This document shows positions 9,047 to 19,022 of a stretch of DNA of 48,336 bases, piece by piece. The position numbers and the translations under genes were made by a program. The stretch covers positions 1-48,336 of the forward strand of contig JAKPMS010000211.1 in the NCBI GenBank assembly GCA_029548805.1, read 5' to 3'. The notes beneath the pieces were generated by a model. The model had not been told where the DNA came from, made no database searches, and was given only the letters and a program-made list of their open reading frames with translations. Positions within the stretch are counted from its first letter, which is position 1, and each line of letters begins with the position of its first letter. This DNA comes from Spirochaetota bacterium. Its GTDB lineage: Bacteria > Spirochaetota > Spirochaetia > Treponematales > UBA12059.

Positions 9047-10249
9047 ATGCAAGCCAGAAATGCTCTTAGTGTAAGCGAGCTAACCCAAATCCTTAAAACC
9101 ATGATAGAGGATGCCTTTCAGGAGCTGGTGGTGGAAGGCGAAATTTCCAACTGGAGGCCTGCTTCCAGCGGCCATGTATATTTTACGCTTAAGGATTCAA
9201 ATGCCCAGTTGCAGGCAGTGATGTTCAAGGCCAAGGCAGCCAGACTAGCTTTTTTACCTGCCGACGGGCTTTTTGTACGGGCCAAGGGCTCTCTTGGCCT
9301 TTATGCTGCCAGGGGCCAATACCAGATTGTGGTGGATTCAATGGAAGCCGCCGGCAAGGGCGATATACTGGCCATGCTGGAAGAGCGCAAAAAACGCCTG
9401 GCCACGGAAGGGCTTTTTGACCCGGATAAAAAACCCCGCTTGCCGGAATTTCCGGGGCGGGTGGCTGTAATTAGCTCTCCGGGGCGAGCGGCTCTGCGGG
9501 ATATACTTTCTGTGCTCAAGCGCAGAAACTCGGGCATCCGGGTTACCATTCTTCCAGCCCTGGTTCAGGGGGACGAGGCTCCGCCCGCTATTGTAAGGCA
9601 GCTGAAGGCAGCCAATGATTTTGCGCTGGGCGACGTAATAATACTGGCCAGGGGCGGGGGATCCATAGAAGACCTGCTGGCTTTTTCTGACGAAGCCGTG
9701 GTCAGGGCTGTTGCAGCATCAAAGATTCCGGTGATAAGCGCCATTGGCCACGAGATAGACTGGAGCCTTTCCGATTATGCAGCCTCGCTAAGGGCGCCTA
9801 CGCCAAGCGCGGCAGCAGAGCTGGTATCAGAAAACGCTGATACTACCAGAAGCCGGGTTTTAACCGCCGCCCGTACCCTGGAACTAAGCATGAAAGCCAG
9901 AACGGAAAAGGCAAAACTGCTGGCTGACAGTTTTAAAGCCGAAAACCTGGAATTGCGCTTTAGTAGAATTTTGATGTCTTTTAGGCAGGGTTTTGATGAT
10001 GCCAAAGAAAATATAGTGGAAGATATGCTGCTGTCCTGCCAGTCCGCTAGACAACGCCTGAGCATGGCTTCCGCCCTTTTGCACAGTTCGTCTCCAGAAG
10101 CCATTTTGTCCAGGGGTTATGCGATAGTAAGAAAAGACGGAAGCAAAAAAGCCATAAGAAATGCCAAAACCCTTAAGCCTAAGGATGCTTTGTCCATAAT
10201 ATTTGAAAAAGGCCAGGCCAAAGCGGAAGTCATGGAGGTTGACAAATGA
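9047..10249 (+). CDS. xseA: Exodeoxyribonuclease VII large subunit
   Basis: N-terminal OB fold (LSVSELTQILKTMIED...VVEGEISNWRPASSGHVYFTLKD), catalytic core ARGGGSIEDLLAFSDE, coiled-coil tail. 4-nt overlap with xseB. Confidence 0.95.
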   Translation: MQARNALSVSELTQILKTMIEDAFQELVVEGEISNWRPASSGHVYFTLKDSNAQLQAVMFKAKAARLAFLPADGLFVRAKGSLGLYAARGQYQIVVDSMEAAGKGDILAMLEERKKRLATEGLFDPDKKPRLPEFPGRVAVISSPGRAALRDILSVLKRRNSGIRVTILPALVQGDEAPPAIVRQLKAANDFALGDVIILARGGGSIEDLLAFSDEAVVRAVAASKIPVISAIGHEIDWSLSDYAASLRAPTPSAAAELVSENADTTRSRVLTAARTLELSMKARTEKAKLLADSFKAENLELRFSRILMSFRQGFDDAKENIVEDMLLSCQSARQRLSMASALLHSSSPEAILSRGYAIVRKDGSKKAIRNAKTLKPKDALSIIFEKGQAKAEVMEVDK

Positions 10250-10473
10250 AAAGTTTTGAAGAAAGGCTTAAAAGGCTGGAAGAACTGTCAGAAAAAATTA
10301 GGGATCCTGCCCTGGCCATAGAAGAAGCTTTGTCTGTTTTTGAAGAAGGCGTAAAATTGTCTAAAAGCCTGGAAAAGGATCTTGCAAAAATAGAAGCTAG
10401 GGTTGAAATCCTGCTAAATGAACCCGAAAAGCCGGACAAAAACCCAGAACTTGAGCTTTTTGAAAATTCCTGA
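10246..10473 (+). CDS. xseB: Exodeoxyribonuclease VII small subunit
   Basis: 75 aa. FEERLKRLEELSEKIRD...LEEALSVFEEGVKLSKSL is typical XseB. ATGA coupling to xseA. Confidence 0.9.
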   Translation: MKSFEERLKRLEELSEKIRDPALAIEEALSVFEEGVKLSKSLEKDLAKIEARVEILLNEPEKPDKNPELELFENS

Positions 10474-10519
10474 AAACTGGCTGGTTTAAAAAAGCCTGGG
10501 CTGTTTTGCTGAATGCATG

Positions 10520-10909
10520 TTAATCTGCTGCCAGCAGCTCTTTTACAAAACCCAGTAAGGACCGGTCGGAATCAGACAGGTCAAGCTGTTCCAGTTCCGG
10601 CAGGCCAAGCCAGGCTGTCTCGTAATGTTCCAAAAGAAAAAGCGGTTCTCCGTCAAACCGAATGTGGTAAGCCGTAAGACTGTAATGCTTTAGGCCGTTT
10701 GTAAAGCTGCTATTGCCTATAACTTTGACAGGCAAAACATTCAAGCCAAACTCTTCCGCATATTCCCGGATGACTGCTTCAGCTTCCGATTCTCCGCTTT
10801 CCAGCTTGCCTCCGGGGAACTCCCACTTCCCGCCCATGCTTCCGCCTTCACGGCGTTTGGCGGCAAATATTTTTTTGTTTCTTATGGCAATACCGGCTAC
10901 TGAACGCAT
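10520..10909 (-). CDS. NUDIX hydrolase (MutT-like)
   Basis: Nudix box GGKWEFPGGKLESGESEAEAVIREYAEEFGL. Confidence 0.9.
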   Translation of the reverse strand: MRSVAGIAIRNKKIFAAKRREGGSMGGKWEFPGGKLESGESEAEAVIREYAEEFGLNVLPVKVIGNSSFTNGLKHYSLTAYHIRFDGEPLFLLEHYETAWLGLPELEQLDLSDSDRSLLGFVKELLAAD

Positions 10910-11320
10910 TTACATAAAAAGGACATTGGGAAACAAAAAATGGGCAAAACCCAAAACCATGGTAGAAATACCAACGATTCTGCTGTTTGACACCAGGATT
11001 TTGTCCATTCTTTCCAGTGCTTCTGTCCTTACGGACGAATTAAGCTTGTAAAACTCCAGCAGAAGGGTAAAACCGGATGCAAGGCCGGCAACAGAAGGCA
11101 ATAGGTCGCCAACAACGGGGATATCACCCCTCATCACGGTAAGCAGCTTAAAAAAACCTACAGTAGTACTAAGGATGCCCAATACTAGCCTTATGGTGCT
11201 GTCTTTAAGAAATTCCCGTATACCGTCAAACTTGCTGCCTGTTGCGGGTGAATTAAAAGAGACAAGGGCATATCCGGAAATGATATTTAAAATGACACTA
11301 AGCAGATAAAACTGTACCAT
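10910..11320 (-). CDS. Small integral membrane protein, hypothetical
   Basis: ORF 10910..11338 trimmed to ATG 11320 (GGGG SD about 8 nt upstream; 11338 is a TTG). About 4 hydrophobic helices (YLLSVILNIISGYALV, LVLGILSTTVGFF, LPSVAGLASGFTLLL, IVGISTMVLGFAHFLF). Confidence 0.6.
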   Translation of the reverse strand: MVQFYLLSVILNIISGYALVSFNSPATGSKFDGIREFLKDSTIRLVLGILSTTVGFFKLLTVMRGDIPVVGDLLPSVAGLASGFTLLLEFYKLNSSVRTEALERMDKILVSNSRIVGISTMVLGFAHFLFPNVLFM

Positions 11321-11389
11321 TAGGGAAACCCCTTTCAAGCTTAATTGACATAGCCAGAATAATGGAATCCGTATTTGTGGTCAATCTGA

Positions 11390-11941
11390 TCATTTTACTT
11401 TGGTAAAAAGCTCCAGCCTGTCATTTTCGTTTTTAACCTGAGCCGAAGTGATAGCTACCAATATCATTTTTGGCTTGGAAGCCGAAGAAAAACGCAGCTT
11501 AATCTCCTTTTCTCCCGCTTGCAAAAAACCGCCAACAAAAACCTGGCCGTCTCCGGTCTTTATCTCCAGGGTTGACAGCAAATGCTTGTTGCTGGCAGCT
11601 TGCTTGTTCAGCCTTGAATACCATGGCAAGCCCCGTGTTACTGTTATATATACCTGTCCATCAAACCACATTGCATCTGCTGTCAGCTGTGCCGAGCCAA
11701 AAACCCCGGAGTTTCTGGAACCTACAGCAAAAGCGCTTATAAATGCAGCCAAAGACATCAATATTACTGCAAAAAAAAGAAAGCGCAGCGACGGGGTGCT
11801 GGTAAGGCTTTTTACAAGGCCTTTTCTGGTCGGGCTATGCTTTTCTACAGCAAAGAGAGCATTGGAATCTGCATTGGCCAGCCTTTTTTCCCTGTTATAG
11901 TAAAAAGTGGGCTGCCCCTTGTTTTTTGTTTCCTGCATCAT
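11390..11941 (-). CDS. Hypothetical single-pass membrane protein (183 aa)
   Basis: ATGA overlap with the nnr stop. One TM (LRFLFFAVILMSLAAFISAFAV) followed by a soluble domain. No family recognised. Confidence 0.6.
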   Translation of the reverse strand: MMQETKNKGQPTFYYNREKRLANADSNALFAVEKHSPTRKGLVKSLTSTPSLRFLFFAVILMSLAAFISAFAVGSRNSGVFGSAQLTADAMWFDGQVYITVTRGLPWYSRLNKQAASNKHLLSTLEIKTGDGQVFVGGFLQAGEKEIKLRFSSASKPKMILVAITSAQVKNENDRLELFTKVK

Positions 11942-13476
11942 TTTTCCTTGTAGCTTAGCCTGGCTATATGCGGCAACAACATGGCCGCATCATAAAAACC
12001 TTCTTGCCTGGCCATGCGCCCGGACAGGCCATGTATCATGACTGCCAGCTTGGCAGACAGCCCAGCGTGCAAGCCTCTGGCCAAAAATCCGGCCATAACA
12101 CCAGCAAGAACATCTCCGGAGCCGGCAACTGCAAGGCTCGCATCCATGCCATCCCAAACAAAACACTGCCCGGAAGGCTCGCATATCCAGCTTACATAGC
12201 CTTTAAGCACAATGACGGCATTATAAAAAGCGCTGCACTCAGCCAGAATATTGCAGGTATCGTAAGCTATCCTGTCTTTTATCATATCGGCAGCTATTTT
12301 ATCATCATGGCAGATATTTGCTGCGTTAAGAGCCAAATCCAGGAATTCTCCAGGATGGGGAGTAAGTACCAATGCCTTTTTGCTCTTGACTTTGGGTTTT
12401 TTGGCCAGAAGCCTCAAAGCATCAGCATCCAGCACCAAAGGCTGCGGAGCAAGCAGAAGTTCATCCAGAATTACTTCCCTGTCCTTTTTTAGGCCCCAGC
12501 CCGGGCCTGCCAAAATTGCCGTGCTTTTGCGGGTTCCAGGGTCTGACAGGGGGCGTACCATCTGGCTTTCCAGGCATGCCGCAAGAGTGGAAACCAGCTC
12601 CCCGTCCGCAAGCAGGGTTACGCTGCCGCAGCCAGCGGCTTGGGCAGCCTTGCAGCTTAGTGAAGCAGCCCCGCTGGAACCCGTGGCTCCGGCGTATACA
12701 AACAGGGCCCCTCTTTGCCCTTTATGCCAGTCCGGTTCCAAAGAAGGCAAAAAAGCGCTTAGGTCTTCTTCTTCCAGCAGCCAGCTTGAGCTGCCGCTGG
12801 CTGCGTCATGCGGAAAGACAGCGCTTATGGGTACTATTTTCCCGTGCAAGCTACGGAACCCTGGATAGTAGCTTTCTTTTTTTAAAGGAGCTACAGAAAG
12901 GCTAAGCTCGGCTTTTACGGAAAGCTCCCTGTTATGATCCTTTGGCTTTCCGGAAGCGCTGAATGGATATATTCCTGACGGGATATCTACCGATACAATT
13001 TTGCCCTCTGCCATTTTTAGGAGTGAAATTAACTGCAGCATTTCCGGCCGGTAATTGCCGGAAAAACCTGTGCCGCTTATTCCGTCCAGAACCAGGGCAG
13101 CTTCCAGCACCAGGTCCCTAACGCAAGGCTCATCAGGATAAACAATTTTTACTCCGGCCAAGCTGGCCTCTGAAAGTCGCCTTAGCGTCACAGTGCCCAA
13201 ATCCTTTTGCACCACAGCTACAAGCCCGCAGATGCCGCTGAAAGCCAAATGCCTTAGCAAAGCTAGGGCATCTCCGCCATTGTTGCCATAGCCAACCAGC
13301 GCCAACACTGAAATGCTGGCGTTTATTACAGCTTGTTTTGCAAAGGAATTTTCCTGCAGCGCATTAAGCATGCCCATGGCTGCGGCATTCATGAGCAGGT
13401 CTTCAGAAAGTCCGTAAAGAGCAGAAGCGGAGCTGTCCAGGGCTTTGGATTTTTCAAAGCCTATCAGGGCTTTCAT
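11938..13476 (-). CDS. nnr: Bifunctional NAD(P)H-hydrate repair enzyme (epimerase + ADP-dependent dehydratase, YjeF)
   Basis: 512 aa. N-terminal YjeF_N (GYGNNGGDALALLRHL), C-terminal carbohydrate-kinase domain (HKGQRGALFVYAGATGSSGAA ... AGSGDVLAGVMAGFLA). Confidence 0.93.
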   Translation of the reverse strand: MKALIGFEKSKALDSSASALYGLSEDLLMNAAAMGMLNALQENSFAKQAVINASISVLALVGYGNNGGDALALLRHLAFSGICGLVAVVQKDLGTVTLRRLSEASLAGVKIVYPDEPCVRDLVLEAALVLDGISGTGFSGNYRPEMLQLISLLKMAEGKIVSVDIPSGIYPFSASGKPKDHNRELSVKAELSLSVAPLKKESYYPGFRSLHGKIVPISAVFPHDAASGSSSWLLEEEDLSAFLPSLEPDWHKGQRGALFVYAGATGSSGAASLSCKAAQAAGCGSVTLLADGELVSTLAACLESQMVRPLSDPGTRKSTAILAGPGWGLKKDREVILDELLLAPQPLVLDADALRLLAKKPKVKSKKALVLTPHPGEFLDLALNAANICHDDKIAADMIKDRIAYDTCNILAECSAFYNAVIVLKGYVSWICEPSGQCFVWDGMDASLAVAGSGDVLAGVMAGFLARGLHAGLSAKLAVMIHGLSGRMARQEGFYDAAMLLPHIARLSYKEK

Positions 13477-14732
13477 TTTGATATGCCTTTGAGCATGCGG
13501 TCAAAGCGCCACCATACAAAACGGGCTTCATATCTGGATGCCAGAAGCCCCGACAAAATTCCTTCGGGAGAAAGCGAAAAAGCTGTGTAAAGGGTTTCAT
13601 CCGGATCAATACGCACAGAATAACGTTTTGTAGTTTTGCTCTTGATGTCGTACAGGCCGTAGTAACTGTTGTCTTCATCTATTGCGCTCAGGTATACGGT
13701 GTCTCCGGCAATGCCGAACAGTTCCCATGACCTGACAACCGCAGGCTCATCCTTGCTGCTATCCTTTAGCGACTCAAAGGATGGCAGCTCCTGCCGCTCT
13801 GTATAAATGCCGTTTATTCCATCCATAAACCAAATCCATGAAGAAGAAAACTCTATCCCGGCCTGGGTATGGGTATCGGGTTCTATGACTTCCTTGTAAT
13901 AATCTATTTTGACAATCAGGGACCTGCCATTTTTTACCGGAAGAATTTTGTCCAGGGAGGCTATGGAGTCCTTCTCTTCTGGAGGCCTTGGAAGGTCTTC
14001 CCTGCCCAGAAACAAGCTGGATAAAAGGCTGCCTTTGTTGTCAAACCTGAAAATGCTCCAGCCCTTGCCGCTTAAGCATATCACTATGCAATCGTCGTTA
14101 TCATCAATGGACAAGCTGGTCAATCTTGGAAAGGCTGTGCCTCCGAGGCCCTCCTGCCCCAAATAGTCCATGTACTCACCTTCTCTGGAGAAACGCAGGA
14201 TTACATATTCCAGGCTGGCTTTGAGTTCATCGTCGTAACTGCGCCTGGATTCGGGGACCCTGTCCTCTACAAGAATTGTCCGTTTTGAATCCACTGCAAT
14301 TTCTCCCGGGGCCAAAAGCGGGTGAGCTTTTGCGGAACGCGCTTTTGAGCTGCCATCCGGATTGCCCAGGAGCAACGGGGCCGGGTTTCTGTCAGGGTTG
14401 TACACCATGGACAACAGGTCGCCAAAAGAAGAAAGGATCAGGATTTTGCCGGCATTGCCATTGGAAACAAAAAATATGCCATCCCTCATGTCAATGCGGG
14501 TTTTTAACGCGGGAGAATTGCCTTCCAGATTAAACAGATTTAGCTGATCTTCCAGTACGCCGTATTGAATACTGAAAAGTTGCTCCCGCTTAAGCTCTAC
14601 AACCGTGCTTGAAACAGCACAAGAAAAAAGCGGAAGCAATGCAATGATGCATAAAAGCATGATTGCCGGATAAGCAGCCGATTTATTCACTACTATGCTC
14701 TCCCGAACTACTCTTTGGCCAAAAGTTTCCAT
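13473..14732 (-). CDS. Predicted lipoprotein, hypothetical (about 419 aa)
   Basis: ORF 13473..14828 trimmed to ATG 14732 because the longer form would overlap the secA start. AGGA SD about 9 nt upstream. Signal peptide with lipobox IALLPLFSC. ATGA overlap with nnr. Confidence 0.65.
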   Translation of the reverse strand: METFGQRVVRESIVVNKSAAYPAIMLLCIIALLPLFSCAVSSTVVELKREQLFSIQYGVLEDQLNLFNLEGNSPALKTRIDMRDGIFFVSNGNAGKILILSSFGDLLSMVYNPDRNPAPLLLGNPDGSSKARSAKAHPLLAPGEIAVDSKRTILVEDRVPESRRSYDDELKASLEYVILRFSREGEYMDYLGQEGLGGTAFPRLTSLSIDDNDDCIVICLSGKGWSIFRFDNKGSLLSSLFLGREDLPRPPEEKDSIASLDKILPVKNGRSLIVKIDYYKEVIEPDTHTQAGIEFSSSWIWFMDGINGIYTERQELPSFESLKDSSKDEPAVVRSWELFGIAGDTVYLSAIDEDNSYYGLYDIKSKTTKRYSVRIDPDETLYTAFSLSPEGILSGLLASRYEARFVWWRFDRMLKGISK

Positions 14733-14753
14733 ATTAAGCGTCCTGAACAATCC

Positions 14754-14781
14754 TTGACCGCTTATCCTTAAAAGATATAGA
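14754..14781 (+). promoter_or_regulatory. Candidate sigma70-type promoter for secA
   Basis: TTGACC(14754-14759)-16 nt-TATAGA(14776-14781). It would place the TSS within a few nt of ATG 14791. Confidence 0.3.
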
Positions 14782-14790
14782 TTAATTGAC

Positions 14791-17592
14791 ATGGCATTCA
14801 ACCCCCTTACAGCGCTTTTTGGTTCCAAGCGCGAACGTGATGTAAAAGAACTGCTCCCCCTGCTTCATTTGGTTAACGGGCAGGAAGCATGGGCCATGTC
14901 GCTAAAACCAGAAGATTTTCCCGTAAACACCCAAGCCCTTAAAAAGAGGCTGGCAGACGGAGAAAAGCTGGAAGACATTTTGCCAAAAGCCTTTGCCATG
15001 GCAAGGGAAGCAGCCAGAAGGGTGCTTGGCGAACGCCCCTTTGACACCCAGATATTGGGCGGAATTGTACTTCATAATGGCAAAATAGTAGAAATGAAGA
15101 CCGGCGAAGGAAAAACCCTGTCTTCTGTGGCTGCTGCCTACCTTAACGCCCTGGAAGGAAAGGGCGTCCATGTTGTTACGGTAAACGACTACCTGGCAGA
15201 ACGCGACTCCCAGTGGATGGGCTCGGTTTTTGCCTATCTGGGCCTTAGCGTAGGAGCAATTCTGTCCAATATGGACAACGATTCAAGGCGCCTGGCATAC
15301 TCAAAAGACATAACCTACGGAACAAACAATGAATTCGGCTTTGACTATTTGAGGGACAATATGACCATGGACCCCGGTTTAAGGGTTCAGAGGGGACATA
15401 ATTTTTGTATTATTGACGAAATCGACTCCATTCTTGTGGATGAAGCCCGTACTCCCCTTATTATATCCGGGGCGGCAGAAGATGATACCTTTAAAATAAA
15501 CGAAGTGGCACGTTTGACTCCCCAATTGACAGAGGTGCTAAAAGACCCTGATACAGGAGAATACCCCAAAGAAGAAGAGGGAGAAGCCCTTCAGGGGGAC
15601 TACAAAATAGAAGAAAAAAACAAAAAGGTATCCTTTACGTCGGACGGTTTGGCCAAGATAGAAACTGCCCTTAAAAAGAGGGGCCTTATACAAGGCTCCC
15701 TGTTTGACGAACAAAACTTTGAGTATGTCCATTATTTTACCCAGGCCATCAGGGCCAGGGAACTTTTCCATAAAGATACCGAATACGTTGTCCAGGATGG
15801 GCTTGTCCAGATAGTGGACGAGTTTACCGGCCGCATACTCCATGGCAGGCGCTATTCCGACGGGTTGCATGAAGCCATAGAAGCAAAAGAACGCATAAGG
15901 ATTGCCAGGCGAAACCGCACCCTGGCTACAATTACCTTCCAGAACTACTTCAGAATGTACAAAAAAATTGCCGGAATGACCGGTACGGCAGAAACAGAGT
16001 CGGTGGAATTCCAAAAAATTTACAACCTGGATGTAATTGTCATTCCCACCAACCAGCCTGTTGCAAGGCTTGATGAAGACGACCTGGTATTTCTTAACGA
16101 AGCAGAAAAGTTTGATGCCATATGCAATGAAATAGCCGAAGCACACGGCAAGGGCCAGCCGGTTCTGGTAGGCACTGTCAGCATAGACAAATCCGAACGC
16201 TTGTCGCAAGCTTTGACCCGCAGGGGCATAAAACATGAAGTACTGAATGCCAAAAACCATGCACGCGAGGCAACCATAATTGCAGAAGCCGGTTCAAGGG
16301 GCGCTGTAACCATAGCAACCAACATGGCTGGCCGCGGTACAGACATAAAGCTTGGCGGCAATCCTGAATACAGGGCCAGAAAGCGCGCCGGTACCGGCGC
16401 GGACGAAGCAGCATACAAAAAAGCCATGGAAGCGGAGTTTGAAGTATGGCTGAAGGATTACGAAGAAGTAAAAGCTGCTGGAGGACTTTATGTCCTTGGC
16501 ACGGAACGCCATGAATCAAGGCGCATAGACAACCAGCTCAGGGGCCGTTCTGGCAGGCAGGGCGATCCTGGCCGTTCGCGGTTTTTTATTTCCCTGGATG
16601 ACGACCTTATGCGCCTTTTTGGCGGCAGCAATCTTAAAAACCTGATGATGAAAGTTGGCATGAAGGCAGGGGAACCGATATATCATCCGCTACTGAACAG
16701 AACCATGGAAAATGCCCAGAAAAAAGTGGAAGAGCGCAACTTTGAAATAAGAAAACATCTCCTGGAATATGACGATGTACTTAACCAACAGAGAAAGTTT
16801 ATATATGAACAGCGTGACAGCATTATTGCCGACGAGGAGCTTTTGAACAGGATAGCTGAAACTTCTAAGGAAATGCTGGAACTAAACCTTTTGAATTATG
16901 AAAACGCCATAAAGACTGACCCAAAAAACTCATATAACAGCCTGCAGGAAGAACTAAAAAACTCCTTCGGGTTTATACTGCCATTCCGCCACGATTCCGC
17001 AGAAGCCAAAAATTTGCAGGATATAAAAGCCACTGTAAAAGCGGAGCTGGAAAGGGACCTGGAAGAAAAGCTGGCTTTGGCCGGTTACGAAAACCTTAAC
17101 CATTTTCTGCGCTGGAAGTACCTGTCCATGATAGACCTGAAATGGCTTAACCATCTGGAAAACATGGAAGCGCTTCGCGAAGCCGTATATCTTAGGCACT
17201 ATGCCCAAAGGAATCCCCTGCTTGAATACAAAATTGAAGGCTTTGAGCTGTTTGACAACATGATAGAAGACATAAGAAAGAGTGTTGCCAGCACCCTGTT
17301 TATGGTGCGCATACAAAGCCAGGCCGACAGGACTGTAAAGCCAATTGTAAGCGGCGGAGAGACCCGGCATGACGAAATGGGCCAGTTTGAGGGGGGAGCC
17401 GGCGCAGAGCAGGCGGCCACTTCCTTCCGGGACCAGGGAGAAAAGGCCAGAAGGGAAGCAGGCGCAACGGCCAGCGCCAGGGCCAGCACACCTGGCAACG
17501 CCACCGTTGTAAGAAACTATCCCAAAGTGGGCAGGAACGAGCCCTGCCCCTGCGGTTCAGGCAAAAAGTACAAGCATTGCCACGGGGCATAA
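14791..17592 (+). CDS. secA: Preprotein translocase ATPase SecA
   Basis: 933 aa. N-terminal [13 protein letters not shown], Walker [29 protein letters not shown]-type motif ([19 protein letters not shown]), C-terminal zinc motif [14 protein letters not shown]. Confidence 0.97.
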   Translation: MAFNPLTALFGSKRERDVKELLPLLHLVNGQEAWAMSLKPEDFPVNTQALKKRLADGEKLEDILPKAFAMAREAARRVLGERPFDTQILGGIVLHNGKIVEMKTGEGKTLSSVAAAYLNALEGKGVHVVTVNDYLAERDSQWMGSVFAYLGLSVGAILSNMDNDSRRLAYSKDITYGTNNEFGFDYLRDNMTMDPGLRVQRGHNFCIIDEIDSILVDEARTPLIISGAAEDDTFKINEVARLTPQLTEVLKDPDTGEYPKEEEGEALQGDYKIEEKNKKVSFTSDGLAKIETALKKRGLIQGSLFDEQNFEYVHYFTQAIRARELFHKDTEYVVQDGLVQIVDEFTGRILHGRRYSDGLHEAIEAKERIRIARRNRTLATITFQNYFRMYKKIAGMTGTAETESVEFQKIYNLDVIVIPTNQPVARLDEDDLVFLNEAEKFDAICNEIAEAHGKGQPVLVGTVSIDKSERLSQALTRRGIKHEVLNAKNHAREATIIAEAGSRGAVTIATNMAGRGTDIKLGGNPEYRARKRAGTGADEAAYKKAMEAEFEVWLKDYEEVKAAGGLYVLGTERHESRRIDNQLRGRSGRQGDPGRSRFFISLDDDLMRLFGGSNLKNLMMKVGMKAGEPIYHPLLNRTMENAQKKVEERNFEIRKHLLEYDDVLNQQRKFIYEQRDSIIADEELLNRIAETSKEMLELNLLNYENAIKTDPKNSYNSLQEELKNSFGFILPFRHDSAEAKNLQDIKATVKAELERDLEEKLALAGYENLNHFLRWKYLSMIDLKWLNHLENMEALREAVYLRHYAQRNPLLEYKIEGFELFDNMIEDIRKSVASTLFMVRIQSQADRTVKPIVSGGETRHDEMGQFEGGAGAEQAATSFRDQGEKARREAGATASARASTPGNATVVRNYPKVGRNEPCPCGSGKKYKHCHGA

Positions 17593-17598
17593 AACGGC

Positions 17599-19002
17599 AT
17601 GTCCCTTAACTGGAAAGAAATTGACTTTGTATTATCCGAGCTGGACCTGGTCGGAGCCCAGGTGCAAAGGATAATTCAGCCTTCATGGGATACAATAATA
17701 CTGTCCTGCTACAAGCCTTCTGGAGCTGTTGAACTGCTTTTGTGCGCAGCCCACGGCGCTTGCAGAATTCATGCCACCAACATAAAAATATCAAAAGCCG
17801 AAAAGCCGCAGCGCTTCATGGAGCTGTTAAGGGCCCGCATAAAAAACAGCAGGATCACTTCCATAGAACAGCTGGGTTCCGAACGCATTATAAAAATATC
17901 ACTCGGCAGGGCCGGCTCCGACACCTTTCTTTATGCAAGGCTGTGGTCCGGAGCCGCCAACCTGATACTTACCGAAAATGACGGAACCATAATAGATGTG
18001 CTTTCAAGAAAACCCGGCAAGGCTGAGCTAAGCGGAGAAATATACCTTCCCGTTTTTGGACCGGAGCCGGCCAAAAACTACAATATAAGGGAATATCCAG
18101 CCGGTATATCCTTTAACGAATTCATTGACAGCTTTTACAGAGATCAGGGCTCCGCTCTTTCCATGGACAAGCTTTCAGAAAAACTTGGCAAGTATTTCTC
18201 CATTAAGGAAAGCGGCCTGGATGACAGAATAGCCAAGCTTGGCAACAGGGCCGACGAGTATTCGGATCCGGAACGGCTAAGGGAACTTGGAGACATACTC
18301 ATGGCCAATCAGGGCTGCGCTACGCCGGGTTCAGGCATTGAGCTGGAAGATTTTTACCGGGCTAAAAAAGTGTTTGTAAAGCTGGATTCATCCAAAAGCA
18401 TAGTAGAAAACGCGCAAAGCTATTATGACAGGGCAAAACAGGCAAAAGGCAGGCTGGCAGAAACACTTGCAGAAATAAAACACCTGAAGGCCCAAAAGGA
18501 AGCATTAAAAAAACAAAAGGAAAAACTGTTTGCAGACGGAAACCCCTGGGAAATAAGGGCGTTTTTGGAAAAAAATGAAAAGGAAAAAGCCGGGCAGGGC
18601 AAAACCAGCCCAGGCTTGAAGTTTACACACAATGGCTGGACCATGCTTGTTGGCCGCTCGGCTGCAGAAAATGATGAGCTGTTAAGGCATCATGTCAAAG
18701 GAAACGACCTTTGGCTGCATGCAAGGGATTATGCCGGCTCCTATGTTTTTATAAAGGCTGTTCCAAAAAAAAGCTTTCCGCTGGAATTGATGCTGGATGC
18801 CGGAATGCTTGCCTTATATTACTCAAAAGGCAGAACAAAAGGCTTTGGCGATGTTTACTGCACGCTTTCAAAACAGCTTAAGCGGGTAAAAGGCGGACCA
18901 AAAGGGCTTGTTATACCGGCACAGGAAAAAAACCTGCGCGTAAAAATAGATGAAGCCAAAATACGACAGCTTTTTAGGAATAGCCACATTGAAGAGGATT
19001 AG
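17599..19002 (+). CDS. NFACT-family protein (RqcH / FbpA-like ribosome quality-control factor)
   Basis: NFACT-N (...ERIIKISL...RLWSGAANLILTENDGTIIDVL), central coiled coil (LAEIKHLKAQKEALKKQKEKL), C-terminal NFACT-R/DUF814 (GWTMLVGRSAAENDELLRHHVKGNDLWLHARDYAGSYVFIK). Confidence 0.85.
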   Translation: MSLNWKEIDFVLSELDLVGAQVQRIIQPSWDTIILSCYKPSGAVELLLCAAHGACRIHATNIKISKAEKPQRFMELLRARIKNSRITSIEQLGSERIIKISLGRAGSDTFLYARLWSGAANLILTENDGTIIDVLSRKPGKAELSGEIYLPVFGPEPAKNYNIREYPAGISFNEFIDSFYRDQGSALSMDKLSEKLGKYFSIKESGLDDRIAKLGNRADEYSDPERLRELGDILMANQGCATPGSGIELEDFYRAKKVFVKLDSSKSIVENAQSYYDRAKQAKGRLAETLAEIKHLKAQKEALKKQKEKLFADGNPWEIRAFLEKNEKEKAGQGKTSPGLKFTHNGWTMLVGRSAAENDELLRHHVKGNDLWLHARDYAGSYVFIKAVPKKSFPLELMLDAGMLALYYSKGRTKGFGDVYCTLSKQLKRVKGGPKGLVIPAQEKNLRVKIDEAKIRQLFRNSHIEED

Positions 19003-19022
19003 GCTATGCCCTGTTAAAAAAG

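Noticed and set aside
10474-10519. Bidirectional terminator between xseB and the NUDIX gene
   Set aside because: Only a 4-bp GGCT/AGCC stem can be drawn, which is too weak to call.
11761-11768. A8/T8 homopolymer tracts inside coding regions (for example 11761, 28309, 42644, 42714, 42742) as phase-variation switches
   Set aside because: They encode Lys/Phe runs in frame, are at most 8 nt long, and occur in essential genes such as ligA, so they are more likely a compositional by-product.
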